Origin: Pseudomonadota bacterium
GTDB taxonomy: Bacteria; Pseudomonadota; Alphaproteobacteria; Micavibrionales; Micavibrionaceae
NCBI GenBank assembly: GCA_040386235.1
Contig: JAZKGA010000001.1
Coordinates: forward strand, 1,090,428-1,154,427
Direction: 5' to 3'
Length of the DNA: 64,000 nucleotides
The position numbers and the translations under genes are program-made. The notes under the pieces were generated by a model. That model worked only from the letters and a program-made list of their open reading frames with translations. It did no database searches and was not told the DNA's origin. Positions 50,656-59,729 of this stretch are shown piece by piece; within the stretch, counting starts at the first letter, position 1, and every line of letters begins with the position of its first letter.

Positions 50656-51396
50656 TTATTTCTTCATGCACGCGGCCAGTTTGCTTTTGGCCTCTGCGCC
50701 GCCGTGCATTTCCAATTCGGCAACGGCCTTACCGTTCATAGTCACCTTGAAAGTGTCCTTGTCCAGCATGTTATCAACAAGCAGGGGCATGGTCGGGACG
50801 GCAAACAATACGGCACCGAAATCGGCATCAAGCGGCATGTTCATAACATTCGTTGTTTGCGGTGTGCTGCTGGCCTGTTCCAGGGTCGCTTGCACTTTTC
50901 CGGGTGTACTTGGGCTTGGGATATCAGGGCCAATGAAGATAATCGATGCCATAGTTTCGCCCTGTGTCGGCCCCAATACAAGAAGGGTGACGCCCTTGCG
51001 CATGAAAAGCGCGGCACAGGGAAGGCCGGGTGGCGGGTTCTTAATCTCACTGCCCGGATACATCCATTCGCCGTTCAAATAGGCGGCGCGGCGCGGGTCG
51101 GCCATCAAGGCCTCTTGATTCTTAGAAATGGCCGTCAGCATACCGGACATGCCACTGACCATGTCATTTGCTGCTTCCATCGGCGGGTACGTAGATGAGT
51201 CATAGTAATATGGCTCTTCCTCCTCATAATACTCTTCGCCTTGTGGCGGGGTCGCCGCAATATCCATCATGTTCTGGTGATGCTGCATATTCATCTGGCA
51301 AATATTGGGAAGGTCGGAACAGGCTTGTGCCATCGATACCGCGCCTAAAGTTGCGATAAATGTAAATGCGGATAATGTGTAACGCAAATAAGCCAT
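50656..51396 (-). CDS. Hypothetical exported Cys-containing protein (paralogue 1)
   Basis: Signal peptide ending '...SMAQAC'. The motifs 'CSDLPNIC', 'YPGSE', 'CAALF', 'FAVPTMPLLVDNM' and the C-terminal 'AACMKK' are shared with the adjacent gene. Confidence 0.65.
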   Translation of the reverse strand: MAYLRYTLSAFTFIATLGAVSMAQACSDLPNICQMNMQHHQNMMDIAATPPQGEEYYEEEEPYYYDSSTYPPMEAANDMVSGMSGMLTAISKNQEALMADPRRAAYLNGEWMYPGSEIKNPPPGLPCAALFMRKGVTLLVLGPTQGETMASIIFIGPDIPSPSTPGKVQATLEQASSTPQTTNVMNMPLDADFGAVLFAVPTMPLLVDNMLDKDTFKVTMNGKAVAELEMHGGAEAKSKLAACMKK

Positions 51397-51417
51397 AATG
51401 ATTGTCCTGTCTGGAAT

Positions 51418-52161
51418 TTAGCGTTTCATACAGGTTGTCAGTTGGTTTTTAGCCGCCAGACCACCCGTCCATTCAATTTCTGCCACGGATTTCCCATTCA
51501 TAATGACATCAAAGGTTTCTTTTTCATACATATTATCCGTCAGCAATTGCATCGTTGGGACGTAAAAAATCAAGGATCCAAAAGAGGCGTTAAACGGCAT
51601 GTGTACGGCCGTCGTATTTTGTGCCGGTCCACCCGATTGTTTCAAGGAAACGGGTACTTTGTTATTAGCCGTGGTCGGCGGAATATCTGGACTGAAGAAC
51701 ATCATGGATGCTGATTTCTCACCCTTTGGCGGACCTAATAAAGCCAGCCCGACGCTGCGACGGGTAAACAAAGCGGAGCAGATCATATCGGCAGGGCGAG
51801 GATTCAACTCACTGCCTGGATACACCCATTTCCCTGCCAGGAATTCCGGCTTTTGCGCCTCAACCATCATCGCTTTGTAATCGGCTGCCATGGCCTGAAC
51901 AATCGCTTTTGCTGAACTGACTTGTTCCGCCATCCCGTCGTCATAAACGTGGGTCGGCTCATAAGGCGCACCGGCACCATACTCTGCGTTTTGATTTTGC
52001 GTGTTCTGAAGCGCGCGTTCCCCTTCCATGCGATCTTCATCAGCGCGGCGCTGGGCTGCCATTGCGCAGATATTGGGCAAATCAGCGCAGGCCGATACAG
52101 CCTGAGGCAAAAGGAAAGAGGCAAAAGCGACAAAAGCCGTAACTAAGACATAGTGTTTCAT
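51418..52161 (-). CDS. Hypothetical exported Cys-containing protein (paralogue 2, possible lipoprotein)
   Basis: The signal peptide 'MKHYVLVTAFVAFASFLLPQAVSAC' is lipobox-like (VSAC). The motifs 'CADLPNIC', 'YPGSE', 'CSALF', 'FYVPTMQLLTDNM' and 'TTCMKR' are collinear with paralogue 1. I prefer the ATG at 52161 (SD GGTGAGG). The track start at 52209 would give an ATGA overlap with the upstream gene. Confidence 0.65.
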   Translation of the reverse strand: MKHYVLVTAFVAFASFLLPQAVSACADLPNICAMAAQRRADEDRMEGERALQNTQNQNAEYGAGAPYEPTHVYDDGMAEQVSSAKAIVQAMAADYKAMMVEAQKPEFLAGKWVYPGSELNPRPADMICSALFTRRSVGLALLGPPKGEKSASMMFFSPDIPPTTANNKVPVSLKQSGGPAQNTTAVHMPFNASFGSLIFYVPTMQLLTDNMYEKETFDVIMNGKSVAEIEWTGGLAAKNQLTTCMKR

Positions 52162-52205
52162 GCAAACCTCACCATGCCTAGACATGGCGGGTGAAGGCAT
52201 AAAAG

Positions 52206-53015
52206 TCAAGCCGCGTTATAACACATTGTGGCTAAGTTAAGGGTTGGGGTCGGGGCCGGAATTCGAACCAGCCTGTCGGTAATCATCCACTCATTTTCTG
52301 GTGCCGATAACAGTGTTGCAATTGTCTTGTGCAGGTGCAGGCGTTTGGCGTGAGTATGACGAATATTGTGTACGTTCCGGTCTTTCATGCCAACACTTTC
52401 ACGAAAGCGTGTGTGGTGAATATCCGGGAAACTATCAGGATTAAGTTGATCGTCATGAAGTAAGATCAAACGATATTTGTTCTCATGCGTATTTGCCTCA
52501 GCCACCAATACTGGAAAAATTTTCAACTCCGGGGGACGCGAATGAGAGTCTTGAAAATAATGCCGTGGATCTTGAAACAGCTCGCTGACCTTATCAATCA
52601 AACCCTTTTTCAGAATAGTCATGATGGCGTCGAAACGTGCGGGGTCATCTATGATATTTTTTAGGTGCATCAAGACAAGCGGGTTGCCCTGGGTGCATGA
52701 TTGCCGCGCTTCTTGAAGGCATTTGCTGATCTCTGCCTCAAATTCATTGGGGATCAGTTCACTGAACGGCATTTCCTGCCGCCACGTACGTATTTCTTGA
52801 TCGATGAACGGGCGGCGGGTCCTGATATTCGTTTCGCCAGACTGCCAATAAAATGTGCTGTCAATCGTTACCGTGGCGGTGGACACATGACCGGTTTGCA
52901 GTTGCTGTGCGGCACGCCGCGCCTGCCAGTTCCTGTATGCCCAAGTAGCAGCACCCCCCAGAAGCGCGCCAAAGGCCGCTTCTGCAAATTCTGACGTAAG
53001 ACTAAATTCAAACAT
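52206..53015 (-). CDS. Hypothetical membrane-anchored protein
   Basis: 269 aa with one N-terminal hydrophobic helix (AAFGALLGGAATWAY). I recognise no family. The gene looks somewhat AT-richer than its neighbours (135 G+C in 300 nt hand-counted over 52441-52740). Confidence 0.55.
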   Translation of the reverse strand: MFEFSLTSEFAEAAFGALLGGAATWAYRNWQARRAAQQLQTGHVSTATVTIDSTFYWQSGETNIRTRRPFIDQEIRTWRQEMPFSELIPNEFEAEISKCLQEARQSCTQGNPLVLMHLKNIIDDPARFDAIMTILKKGLIDKVSELFQDPRHYFQDSHSRPPELKIFPVLVAEANTHENKYRLILLHDDQLNPDSFPDIHHTRFRESVGMKDRNVHNIRHTHAKRLHLHKTIATLLSAPENEWMITDRLVRIPAPTPTLNLATMCYNAA

Positions 53016-53126
53016 GAATATTTATTAACATAATGCACTGATCTGGTCAAGAAAGAACCAATGCAAGAAGGAACCAATGATTAAATGAGCAGTTCGTTAT
53101 GCATCACCCCCACAAAGGAGTAACCC

Positions 53127-53627
53127 ATGAACGACAAATCACTTGAGACACTTTTCTACGATCATCTGAAGGACATTTATTACGCTGAGAAGCAGATCCT
53201 GAAGTCATTGCCGAAGATGTCAGCTGCTGCACAGTGCGAAGAATTGACAGCTGCTTTTGATAAGCACCAGGCTGAAACGGAAGTGCAGATCGAACGTCTG
53301 GAACAGGTTTTCCGCTTGATGGGCAAAACGCCCGAAGGCAAACAGTGCCCAGCCATTGACGGTATCCTGAAAGAAGGCGAAGAGATCATGAAAGAGTTCA
53401 AAGGCGTTCCCGCTTTGGATGCTGGCTTAATCGCGTCGGCCCAAGCTGTTGAACACTATGAAATCACACGATACGGCACATTGAAATCCTGGGCGGAATG
53501 CCTGGGCATGGATGATGCCGCAAGCCTGCTGTCAGACACGCTGGATGAAGAATCGCAAACCGATGAGGATCTGACATCATTGGCTGACTCTCATATTAAC
53601 GACAAAGCGCTTCCACTCGCCGCGTAA
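53127..53627 (+). CDS. Ferritin-like DUF892 protein (YciE/YciF family)
   Basis: 'LETLFYDHLKDIYYAEKQILKSLPKM...AQAVEHYEITRYGTL'. Confidence 0.8.
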   Translation: MNDKSLETLFYDHLKDIYYAEKQILKSLPKMSAAAQCEELTAAFDKHQAETEVQIERLEQVFRLMGKTPEGKQCPAIDGILKEGEEIMKEFKGVPALDAGLIASAQAVEHYEITRYGTLKSWAECLGMDDAASLLSDTLDEESQTDEDLTSLADSHINDKALPLAA

Positions 53628-53696
53628 TTGCAGCAGTGGTAAGAATGGGCCCCAGGGATGTAACCATCCTTGGGGCTTTTTCATGATATAAAAGAG

Positions 53697-54194
53697 ATGA
53701 AGATGACCCAATGCGAAGCATTTCCCCCTTTGGTTGGCCATGCGCCACACACGCTGATACTGGGCAGTATGCCGGGTGTAAAATCTTTGCAGGAAAACCG
53801 TTATTACGCCCATCCGCAAAATCAGTTCTGGCGGTTGATAGGCGATATCTTTGATATCCCTCTGCCATTACCCTATGACACACGCGTGATGAAGCTGACG
53901 GGGCAGGGGATTGCCGTATGGGATGTCCTGAAAACATGTGAAAGGGCAGGCAGTTTGGATTCCGCGATCCGTAATCCGGTCACGAATGATTTCGCTACAT
54001 TCTTTGCGCGATATCCGAGCATCCAAACGGTGATCTTTAATAATGCGACCGCCGAAACATTATATCGCCGCTATGTGTTGCCAACACTCGCTGACAATAA
54101 TGTGACATATCACCGCCTGCCATCACCCAGCCCGGCTTATGCGGCGATGCCGTACTCCGATAAATTAGCGTGCTGGAAAAATGTCTTCGGATAA
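53697..54194 (+). CDS. DNA-deoxyinosine (hypoxanthine) glycosylase, UDG family 6-like
   Basis: 'FPPLVGHAPHTLILGSMPGVKSLQENRYYAHPQNQFWRLIGDIF' and the C-terminal 'LPSPSPA'. The start is either the ATG at 53697 or the one at 53703. Confidence 0.7.
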   Translation: MKMTQCEAFPPLVGHAPHTLILGSMPGVKSLQENRYYAHPQNQFWRLIGDIFDIPLPLPYDTRVMKLTGQGIAVWDVLKTCERAGSLDSAIRNPVTNDFATFFARYPSIQTVIFNNATAETLYRRYVLPTLADNNVTYHRLPSPSPAYAAMPYSDKLACWKNVFG

Positions 54195-54200
54195 ATTCTG

Positions 54201-54842
54201 TCAAGGGCACCATTGTGGCGCATCACCGTTTTCGATGCGCTTCCGCCAGGTGTCAGGCAGTTGAAATCTGAGAGAGTGTCCTAAAAGGGCACGTCTATTA
54301 TCTTGGGCTGCAGGCGTGGCAATATGTGGTGTCATTCCATCAAAAAGGACAAATTCCCAAGGATCAGGCTTCACAATACGCGCACCTAATCCCACCGCAG
54401 CGTCCATAAACTCTGCGCGAAAAGTCCCAGTAAAGCCCGATACATCGGCAATTCCATATGAAGTCAGGATGGAAAACATTTCTGGATGTGATGTCAGATC
54501 AATAAACTGCGCAGGATCACTGGAAACACACAGAAGACGGGCCGTTACGATATTGTTCGTGAGGTCGTCAAAGGCGCTTTTCTTGTCTGCATGCAAACAA
54601 GAGGTAAACATAGTGTCCCCAGACATCACATAACGAGAGTGAAGATGCATATGTGCGGCTGATAGATATTTGCCGCCCCACGCCTCAAAAATCTCAACGA
54701 GTTTATCGCTTATAGTGTCTAATTCCAGTGGGCATTGGCAAGAGACTGTTGCCGTGGCGTCATCTACCGTTTGTCTCATGTCTTCATTAAGGCTTAGCAA
54801 GCACGTTGCGGGTATACCATGTGCTGTCAGAAGAGTTGTCAT
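54201..54842 (-). CDS. Hypothetical protein
   Basis: 213 aa with no recognised family. The spacing 'LHAD'...'TPHIA'...'GHSLRF' faintly resembles the HxD...H...R pattern of 2OG-Fe(II) oxygenases. This is speculative. Confidence 0.5.
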   Translation of the reverse strand: MTTLLTAHGIPATCLLSLNEDMRQTVDDATATVSCQCPLELDTISDKLVEIFEAWGGKYLSAAHMHLHSRYVMSGDTMFTSCLHADKKSAFDDLTNNIVTARLLCVSSDPAQFIDLTSHPEMFSILTSYGIADVSGFTGTFRAEFMDAAVGLGARIVKPDPWEFVLFDGMTPHIATPAAQDNRRALLGHSLRFQLPDTWRKRIENGDAPQWCP

Positions 54843-54943
54843 GGGATATGCAATACAAAATGATAGAAATTATGTCAACCATTTTACGATAGTCATGTTA
54901 TAAAGAAGTTCATATGGCTTCGTCTCCGCACTCCATTCCTACA

Positions 54944-54974
54944 TAAAAAAACCGCCACGTGGGCGGTCTTTTTA
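54944..54974 (-). terminator. Intrinsic terminator downstream of tRNA-Ser
   Basis: ACCGCC-ACGTG-GGCGGT (54951-54967), flanked by an A7 run and a T-rich run. On the minus strand the hairpin is followed by T7. Confidence 0.8.
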
Positions 54975-54978
54975 TAAA

Positions 54979-55068
54979 TGGCGGAAGGGGTGGGATTCGA
55001 ACCCACGGAGGGCTCGCACCCTCGCTAGTTTTCAAGACTAGTGCCTTAAACCGCTCGGCCACCCTTCC
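54979..55068 (-). tRNA. tRNA-Ser (anticodon TGA)
   Basis: A 90-nt class II tRNA on the reverse complement. Acceptor GGAAGGG pairs with CCCTTCC, the anticodon loop is CTTGAAA, and it has a long variable arm and T loop TTCGAAT. CCA is encoded. Confidence 0.9.
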
Positions 55069-55116
55069 GCTTGGTCGTATTCGCTAGCAGAGTTTTTTGT
55101 TCACGACAAGATATAA

Positions 55117-55731
55117 TCACAGATAATGTGTGATCATGTAATGCAGGCCCCAAATGGGAAGGGCAACATGCAGAAGGGCCAAGGCCATTCCCGCCCACAG
55201 CCATACCCCATCGCGTTCTGCCTGGCCGATGCCCAGTAATATAACGGCGACCGACGCCAGCGTATTTCCGAACGGAATAGGGGCCAGGATAATAATGGAC
55301 ATCAGCATAATGGCCCAATTCACGATGCCGGATGGCACGCCGGACGGGCGGGCCTTCAGGAATTTAGCGCTGGCATAGTAAAGGCGACGGGTCTTATTTA
55401 CGCCTTTGGTAATATGGCGCGCTGGCATTCGTGTGCGGCCGATCTTGGCGGGCAGGCGCACACCGTTATACCCACGGATAATCGCCCACGATACGGCCAC
55501 CATAACACTGCCAAACACCGTGGACTGGCCGGGCAGGGGGGACAGAACAATCGTCAGGATCGCCAGGAAGATTTGCAGGACGATAAATCCATCGCGGCCG
55601 AACAGGTCCAGCATTTCCTGCACCGTTAAAGTTTTGCGCGCGGTCGCCAGGCGCGACAGGCGGCGCATATCGGTGCTTAAGGATGTGTGGTCATCTGTCC
55701 CGGTGGATAAAAAAGGCGGTTTATCTGTCAT
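55117..55731 (-). CDS. exoD: Exopolysaccharide synthesis ExoD-family membrane protein
   Basis: 'LTVQEMLDLFGRDGFIVLQIFLAILTIVLSPLPG' and a multi-TM C-terminal half. Confidence 0.75.
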   Translation of the reverse strand: MTDKPPFLSTGTDDHTSLSTDMRRLSRLATARKTLTVQEMLDLFGRDGFIVLQIFLAILTIVLSPLPGQSTVFGSVMVAVSWAIIRGYNGVRLPAKIGRTRMPARHITKGVNKTRRLYYASAKFLKARPSGVPSGIVNWAIMLMSIIILAPIPFGNTLASVAVILLGIGQAERDGVWLWAGMALALLHVALPIWGLHYMITHYL

Positions 55732-55764
55732 TTCGTCCTATGGCATGGCATAACGTGTCGCAGG

Positions 55765-56751
55765 ATGCAAGTTGTTATACCCTTCCTGATTGCCGCTTTC
55801 CTTTGGATTGGCGGCATGTCACCGGCCCACGCCGAAAGCTTTGACGCGTTCTGTCGGCACCTGATTGCGCAGGCGCCGCAATATGGCCTAAGTGGCGATT
55901 TTGTTGGCAATCAACTGGACGGCGTCGGCCCCCATAAACGGATTATCGAACTTGATCGCGCCCAATCGGGCCAGCATGGGCAGTCCCGTCGCCTGACCTG
56001 GCTGGAATACAGCACAAAAATAGTCACGCCAACACGCATTCGTCAGGGGCGTGCGATGATGGCTGAACATCATACTTTGTTAAACCAGGTTTCCGCCCGA
56101 TATGGCGTGCCGCCACAATATATCGTGGCATTATGGGGACTTGAGACCAGCTATGGCCAGAATACCGGCGGGTTCGACGTTATCCAGGCTTTGACCACGC
56201 TGGCATGGGAAGGACGCCGCCGCCAGATGTTCACCGACGAATTGATGAAGGCGATGAAAATTCTGAAGGACGGCCACATCGTCCGTGCGCATTTTAAAGG
56301 GTCCTGGGCAGGCGCAATGGGACAAAATCAATTCATGCCGTCTTCTTTCTTCCGCTATGCGGTTGATTGGACGGGCGATGGTCATCGGGATATATGGCGT
56401 TCCAAGGGGGATGTCTTTGCATCAACCGCTCATTACCTGAAGCAAGAGGGGTGGAACAGTGCGATTCGCTGGGGGCGGGAAGTCCGCCTTACGCGGGCCA
56501 TTCCAACGTCCTTGACCGGGCTGGATACACAGAAATCTTTACAGTTTTGGGCAGATTATGGCGTAATTGCGGCAGATGGAAAGCCTTTACCCATTGAAAA
56601 CATTCAATCTTCACTCTTGATTCCTGACGGACTGGACGGGCCGGTTTTTTTAGTCTATGACAACTTCCGAACGATAATGAAATGGAACAGATCGACAAAT
56701 TTTGCCCTTAGCGTCGGACACTTGGCAGACGCGCTTGCAAACACAAACTGA
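55765..56751 (+). CDS. Lytic murein transglycosylase (MltB family)
   Basis: 'YIVALWGLETSYGQNTG', 'GSWAGAMGQNQFMPSSF' and 'YDNFRTIMKWNRS'. Confidence 0.88.
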   Translation: MQVVIPFLIAAFLWIGGMSPAHAESFDAFCRHLIAQAPQYGLSGDFVGNQLDGVGPHKRIIELDRAQSGQHGQSRRLTWLEYSTKIVTPTRIRQGRAMMAEHHTLLNQVSARYGVPPQYIVALWGLETSYGQNTGGFDVIQALTTLAWEGRRRQMFTDELMKAMKILKDGHIVRAHFKGSWAGAMGQNQFMPSSFFRYAVDWTGDGHRDIWRSKGDVFASTAHYLKQEGWNSAIRWGREVRLTRAIPTSLTGLDTQKSLQFWADYGVIAADGKPLPIENIQSSLLIPDGLDGPVFLVYDNFRTIMKWNRSTNFALSVGHLADALANTN

Positions 56752-56795
56752 CGATCCTTAAAACGACAAGACATATCCTTTAAAAAATCCCCGAC

Positions 56796-57866
56796 ATGAT
56801 ATCCCCCTATTTAACGCGCCTTGCACTGCGCGCTTCCCTTAGCATCCGCCACGTAACCCGTGTCGCAGTGATGGCGTTTCTGGCCGTCAGCCTGACCTCG
56901 TGCGCTGAGATTGAGCTGGGCAGTCATTTGTGGAAAGAAACCCCGGGCTATGGCCAGTCAGGTAATTTCAAGGTTGGCAAACCGTACACAATCGACGGCA
57001 AGACATACGTGCCGGAAGAACGCTACAATCACTCAGAAAGTGGGATCGCGTCCTGGTACGGACCTGGCTTTCACGGCAAACGCACCGCGAACGGCGAGAT
57101 GTATAACAGCGGCGAATTAACCGCCGCCCACCGTACGTTGCAAATGCCATCTTTGGCGCGTGTGACCAACCTTGAAAACGGCCGGTCGATCGTGGTCCGC
57201 ATTAACGACCGTGGCCCATTCTCACGCGGTCGCGTGATGGATGTGTCGGAACGGGCTGCGGAACTGCTTGGCTTTAAGAACAAGGGGACCGCCCGCATTA
57301 AAATTGACGTGCTGGCGGATGAAAGCCGTCAGATCGCCTCAGCCGCCAAAGCGGGTCGCGATGTAAAAGGATACGAAGTGGCCTTAAACAGCCGTACAGC
57401 CGATACGCCGCGTGCGGTGCCGGTCACAGCCGTGTCCGCAGAACCTGTGCCAGGTCCAGCGGGCGGCAGCGTTATCGCAGCCGTGGAAACAACCGGACGG
57501 TTACCTGAAGACGAGCATCCGCCCCCTGGTGGATATCCTGGCGGCACCCCTCAGGCCGGTGCCATTCGCGGTCACATGACACAGGGGTTATTTTACCCCG
57601 ATCAGACAGTCAGCATGAAACCTGTAAGCCCCACGGACCTGTACGTCCAGGTCGGGGCTTTCGGCGATTCAGGGAACGCACAACGGGCGGAAGAGCGGCT
57701 CAGCGGTTTCGGCAATGCCTTTGTTATGCCCGTGCAAGCTGCGGGCAAAACGCTGTATCGGGTCCGTATCGGTCCTGTCGCAACTGTGGACCAAGCAGAT
57801 ATTCTGTTGGGTAGGGTGGTTGACACTGGCTTCCGAGATGCCATTCTGATTGTTGACCAACACTAA
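56796..57866 (+). CDS. rlpA: Septal ring lytic transglycosylase RlpA with a C-terminal SPOR domain
   Basis: Lipobox 'SLTSC', DPBB core 'GIASWYGPGFHGKRTANGEMYNSGELTAAHRTLQMPSLARVTNLENGRSIVVRINDRGPF' and a SPOR-like tail 'YVQVGAFGDSGNAQRA...YRVRIGP'. Confidence 0.9.
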   Translation: MISPYLTRLALRASLSIRHVTRVAVMAFLAVSLTSCAEIELGSHLWKETPGYGQSGNFKVGKPYTIDGKTYVPEERYNHSESGIASWYGPGFHGKRTANGEMYNSGELTAAHRTLQMPSLARVTNLENGRSIVVRINDRGPFSRGRVMDVSERAAELLGFKNKGTARIKIDVLADESRQIASAAKAGRDVKGYEVALNSRTADTPRAVPVTAVSAEPVPGPAGGSVIAAVETTGRLPEDEHPPPGGYPGGTPQAGAIRGHMTQGLFYPDQTVSMKPVSPTDLYVQVGAFGDSGNAQRAEERLSGFGNAFVMPVQAAGKTLYRVRIGPVATVDQADILLGRVVDTGFRDAILIVDQH

Positions 57867-57879
57867 ATCTTGTTAACAC

Positions 57880-59052
57880 ATGTTAGGAATACGCATCATG
57901 CTGAAGACCATTCGGCAAAAACTCTGTTTTGCTATGATTCTTGCCGGCCTTAGTGCGGGTGCTGTCGCCCCCACATGGGCATTGGATGCCGCGACGATAA
58001 AGGCGCAACAGGCAATCGTTGTCGATTATGAAACCGGCAATATCCTGTTAAGTAAGAATGAAAACGATCGGATGCCAACGTCCAGCATGAGTAAGGTCTT
58101 AACGATGTACGTCGTGTTTAAGGCCATGAAAAACGGACAGTTGCAGATGGATCAGACGTTGCCGGTCAGCGAGAATGCCTGGCGGATGCAGGGCTCTAAA
58201 ATGTTCGTTACCCTGGGATCCCAGGTGCCGGTTCAAGACCTGATTCGTGGCGTGATTGTCCAATCGGGAAATGACGCGACGATCGTTCTGGCCGAAGGGC
58301 TGGCGGGCAGTGAACAGGCCTTCGCCTCTTTGATGAATGACGAAGCCAAACGCCTGGGAATGCAAAATTCGCATTTTATGAATGCGTCCGGGTGGCCTGA
58401 TGAGAACCATTATTCGACCGCGAAAGACCTGGCTAAGCTGGGATGGGGCATTATTCACGATTTCCCGGATTTGTATCAGATCTATTCGGAAAAAGAATAC
58501 ACGTACAACAATATCAAGCAGGGCAATCGTAACCCGTTGCTGTATGCCAATGTCGGCGGCGATGGCATTAAAACCGGCCATACCGAAGCGGCCGGTTACG
58601 GCCTGATCGGGTCGGGCAAAGGTCCGGATGGCCGTCGCGTGGTATTTGTCGTGAATGGCTATGCCAGTATGAATGACCGGTTTGAAGAGACGCCACGCAT
58701 TCTGGACTGGGCGTTGAAGAATTTCACGAACCAGCGGGTGTTTACCGCAGGCAAACCGCTGACCGATGCCCGGGTGGTTTTCGGCCACACGGAAAAAGTC
58801 TCGTTAAGTGTCGCAAGTGACCTGGTGATGACGTTGCCGCGTTTCCAGACGGGTAAGGTCAAGATGACCGCCACATACAAATCCCCTTTGGTTGCGCCGT
58901 TAAAAGCGGGGCAGGAAGTCGGGGTGGTCACCCTGGATGCGCCTGGCTTGCCATCACGTAAGGTTCCCTTGATCGTGACGCAGGACGTGGATCAGCAAAA
59001 CATCTTCAGCCGTGCTATCGCCAAGGTGATGGTTCGCTTTGTCGGGCTGTAA
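57880..59052 (+). CDS. D-alanyl-D-alanine carboxypeptidase (PBP5/6 family)
   Basis: The SxxK motif 'PTSSMSKVLT', the SxN motif 'QSGND' and 'KTGHT'. The start may instead be the ATG at 57898. Confidence 0.9.
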   Translation: MLGIRIMLKTIRQKLCFAMILAGLSAGAVAPTWALDAATIKAQQAIVVDYETGNILLSKNENDRMPTSSMSKVLTMYVVFKAMKNGQLQMDQTLPVSENAWRMQGSKMFVTLGSQVPVQDLIRGVIVQSGNDATIVLAEGLAGSEQAFASLMNDEAKRLGMQNSHFMNASGWPDENHYSTAKDLAKLGWGIIHDFPDLYQIYSEKEYTYNNIKQGNRNPLLYANVGGDGIKTGHTEAAGYGLIGSGKGPDGRRVVFVVNGYASMNDRFEETPRILDWALKNFTNQRVFTAGKPLTDARVVFGHTEKVSLSVASDLVMTLPRFQTGKVKMTATYKSPLVAPLKAGQEVGVVTLDAPGLPSRKVPLIVTQDVDQQNIFSRAIAKVMVRFVGL

Positions 59053-59054
59053 GA

Positions 59055-59729
59055 ATGGCCGGCGTGTTCATCAGCTTTGAAGGCGGAGAAGGGGCAGGTA
59101 AAACCACCCAGATCAAACGTATTGCCGAGGCCCTGACCGCACAGGGTCACGAGGTTGTTACAACCCGTGAACCCGGCGGAACGCCAGAGGGCGATAAAGT
59201 CCGCAGCCTGCTGGTCAACAGTGACGGCGGCAATTGGTCGCCAGAAGCCGAAGTTATGCTGTTTTTCGTGTCACGGGCCATGCATGTGCGCGACCTGATT
59301 ATCCCTGCATTGAATGCGGGCAAGATCATCCTGTGTGATCGCTTTACCGACAGTACACGCGTGTATCAATGTGCCGGACGTGGCCTGGGTCGTGCGGGCA
59401 TTGAACAGGTGAAAGAATTCAGTATTGGCATGCTGGAACCCGATTTAACATTGATTATGGACCTGCCGGTCAGTGCCGGATTGGCGCGCGCAAAATCACG
59501 TGCATCAAGCAACGTAGCGGTCGGCAAAGCGGCAGAAGACCGTTTTGAGAATGTCGATATCGCGTTTCACGAGCGGCTGCGCCACGGCTATCTTGACCTG
59601 GCTGCGGAATATCCCAATCGCTGCAAGGTCATCAACGTCGATACCGATTTGGATACAGTCACTGTGCGCTTGCTATCGACCATTACCACTTATCTTGCCA
59701 CGCGTGATACACATCTGGCGGTTGGGTGA
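59055..59729 (+). CDS. tmk: dTMP kinase
   Basis: 'FISFEGGEGAGKTTQ', 'TREPGGT' and 'DRFTDST'. Confidence 0.94.
   Translation: MAGVFISFEGGEGAGKTTQIKRIAEALTAQGHEVVTTREPGGTPEGDKVRSLLVNSDGGNWSPEAEVMLFFVSRAMHVRDLIIPALNAGKIILCDRFTDSTRVYQCAGRGLGRAGIEQVKEFSIGMLEPDLTLIMDLPVSAGLARAKSRASSNVAVGKAAEDRFENVDIAFHERLRHGYLDLAAEYPNRCKVINVDTDLDTVTVRLLSTITTYLATRDTHLAVG

Noticed and set aside
55046-55318. 90-aa minus-strand ORF spanning tRNA-Ser and the end of exoD
   Set aside because: It overlaps the tRNA-Ser gene and the ExoD reading frame, which has clear family features. It has no independent support.
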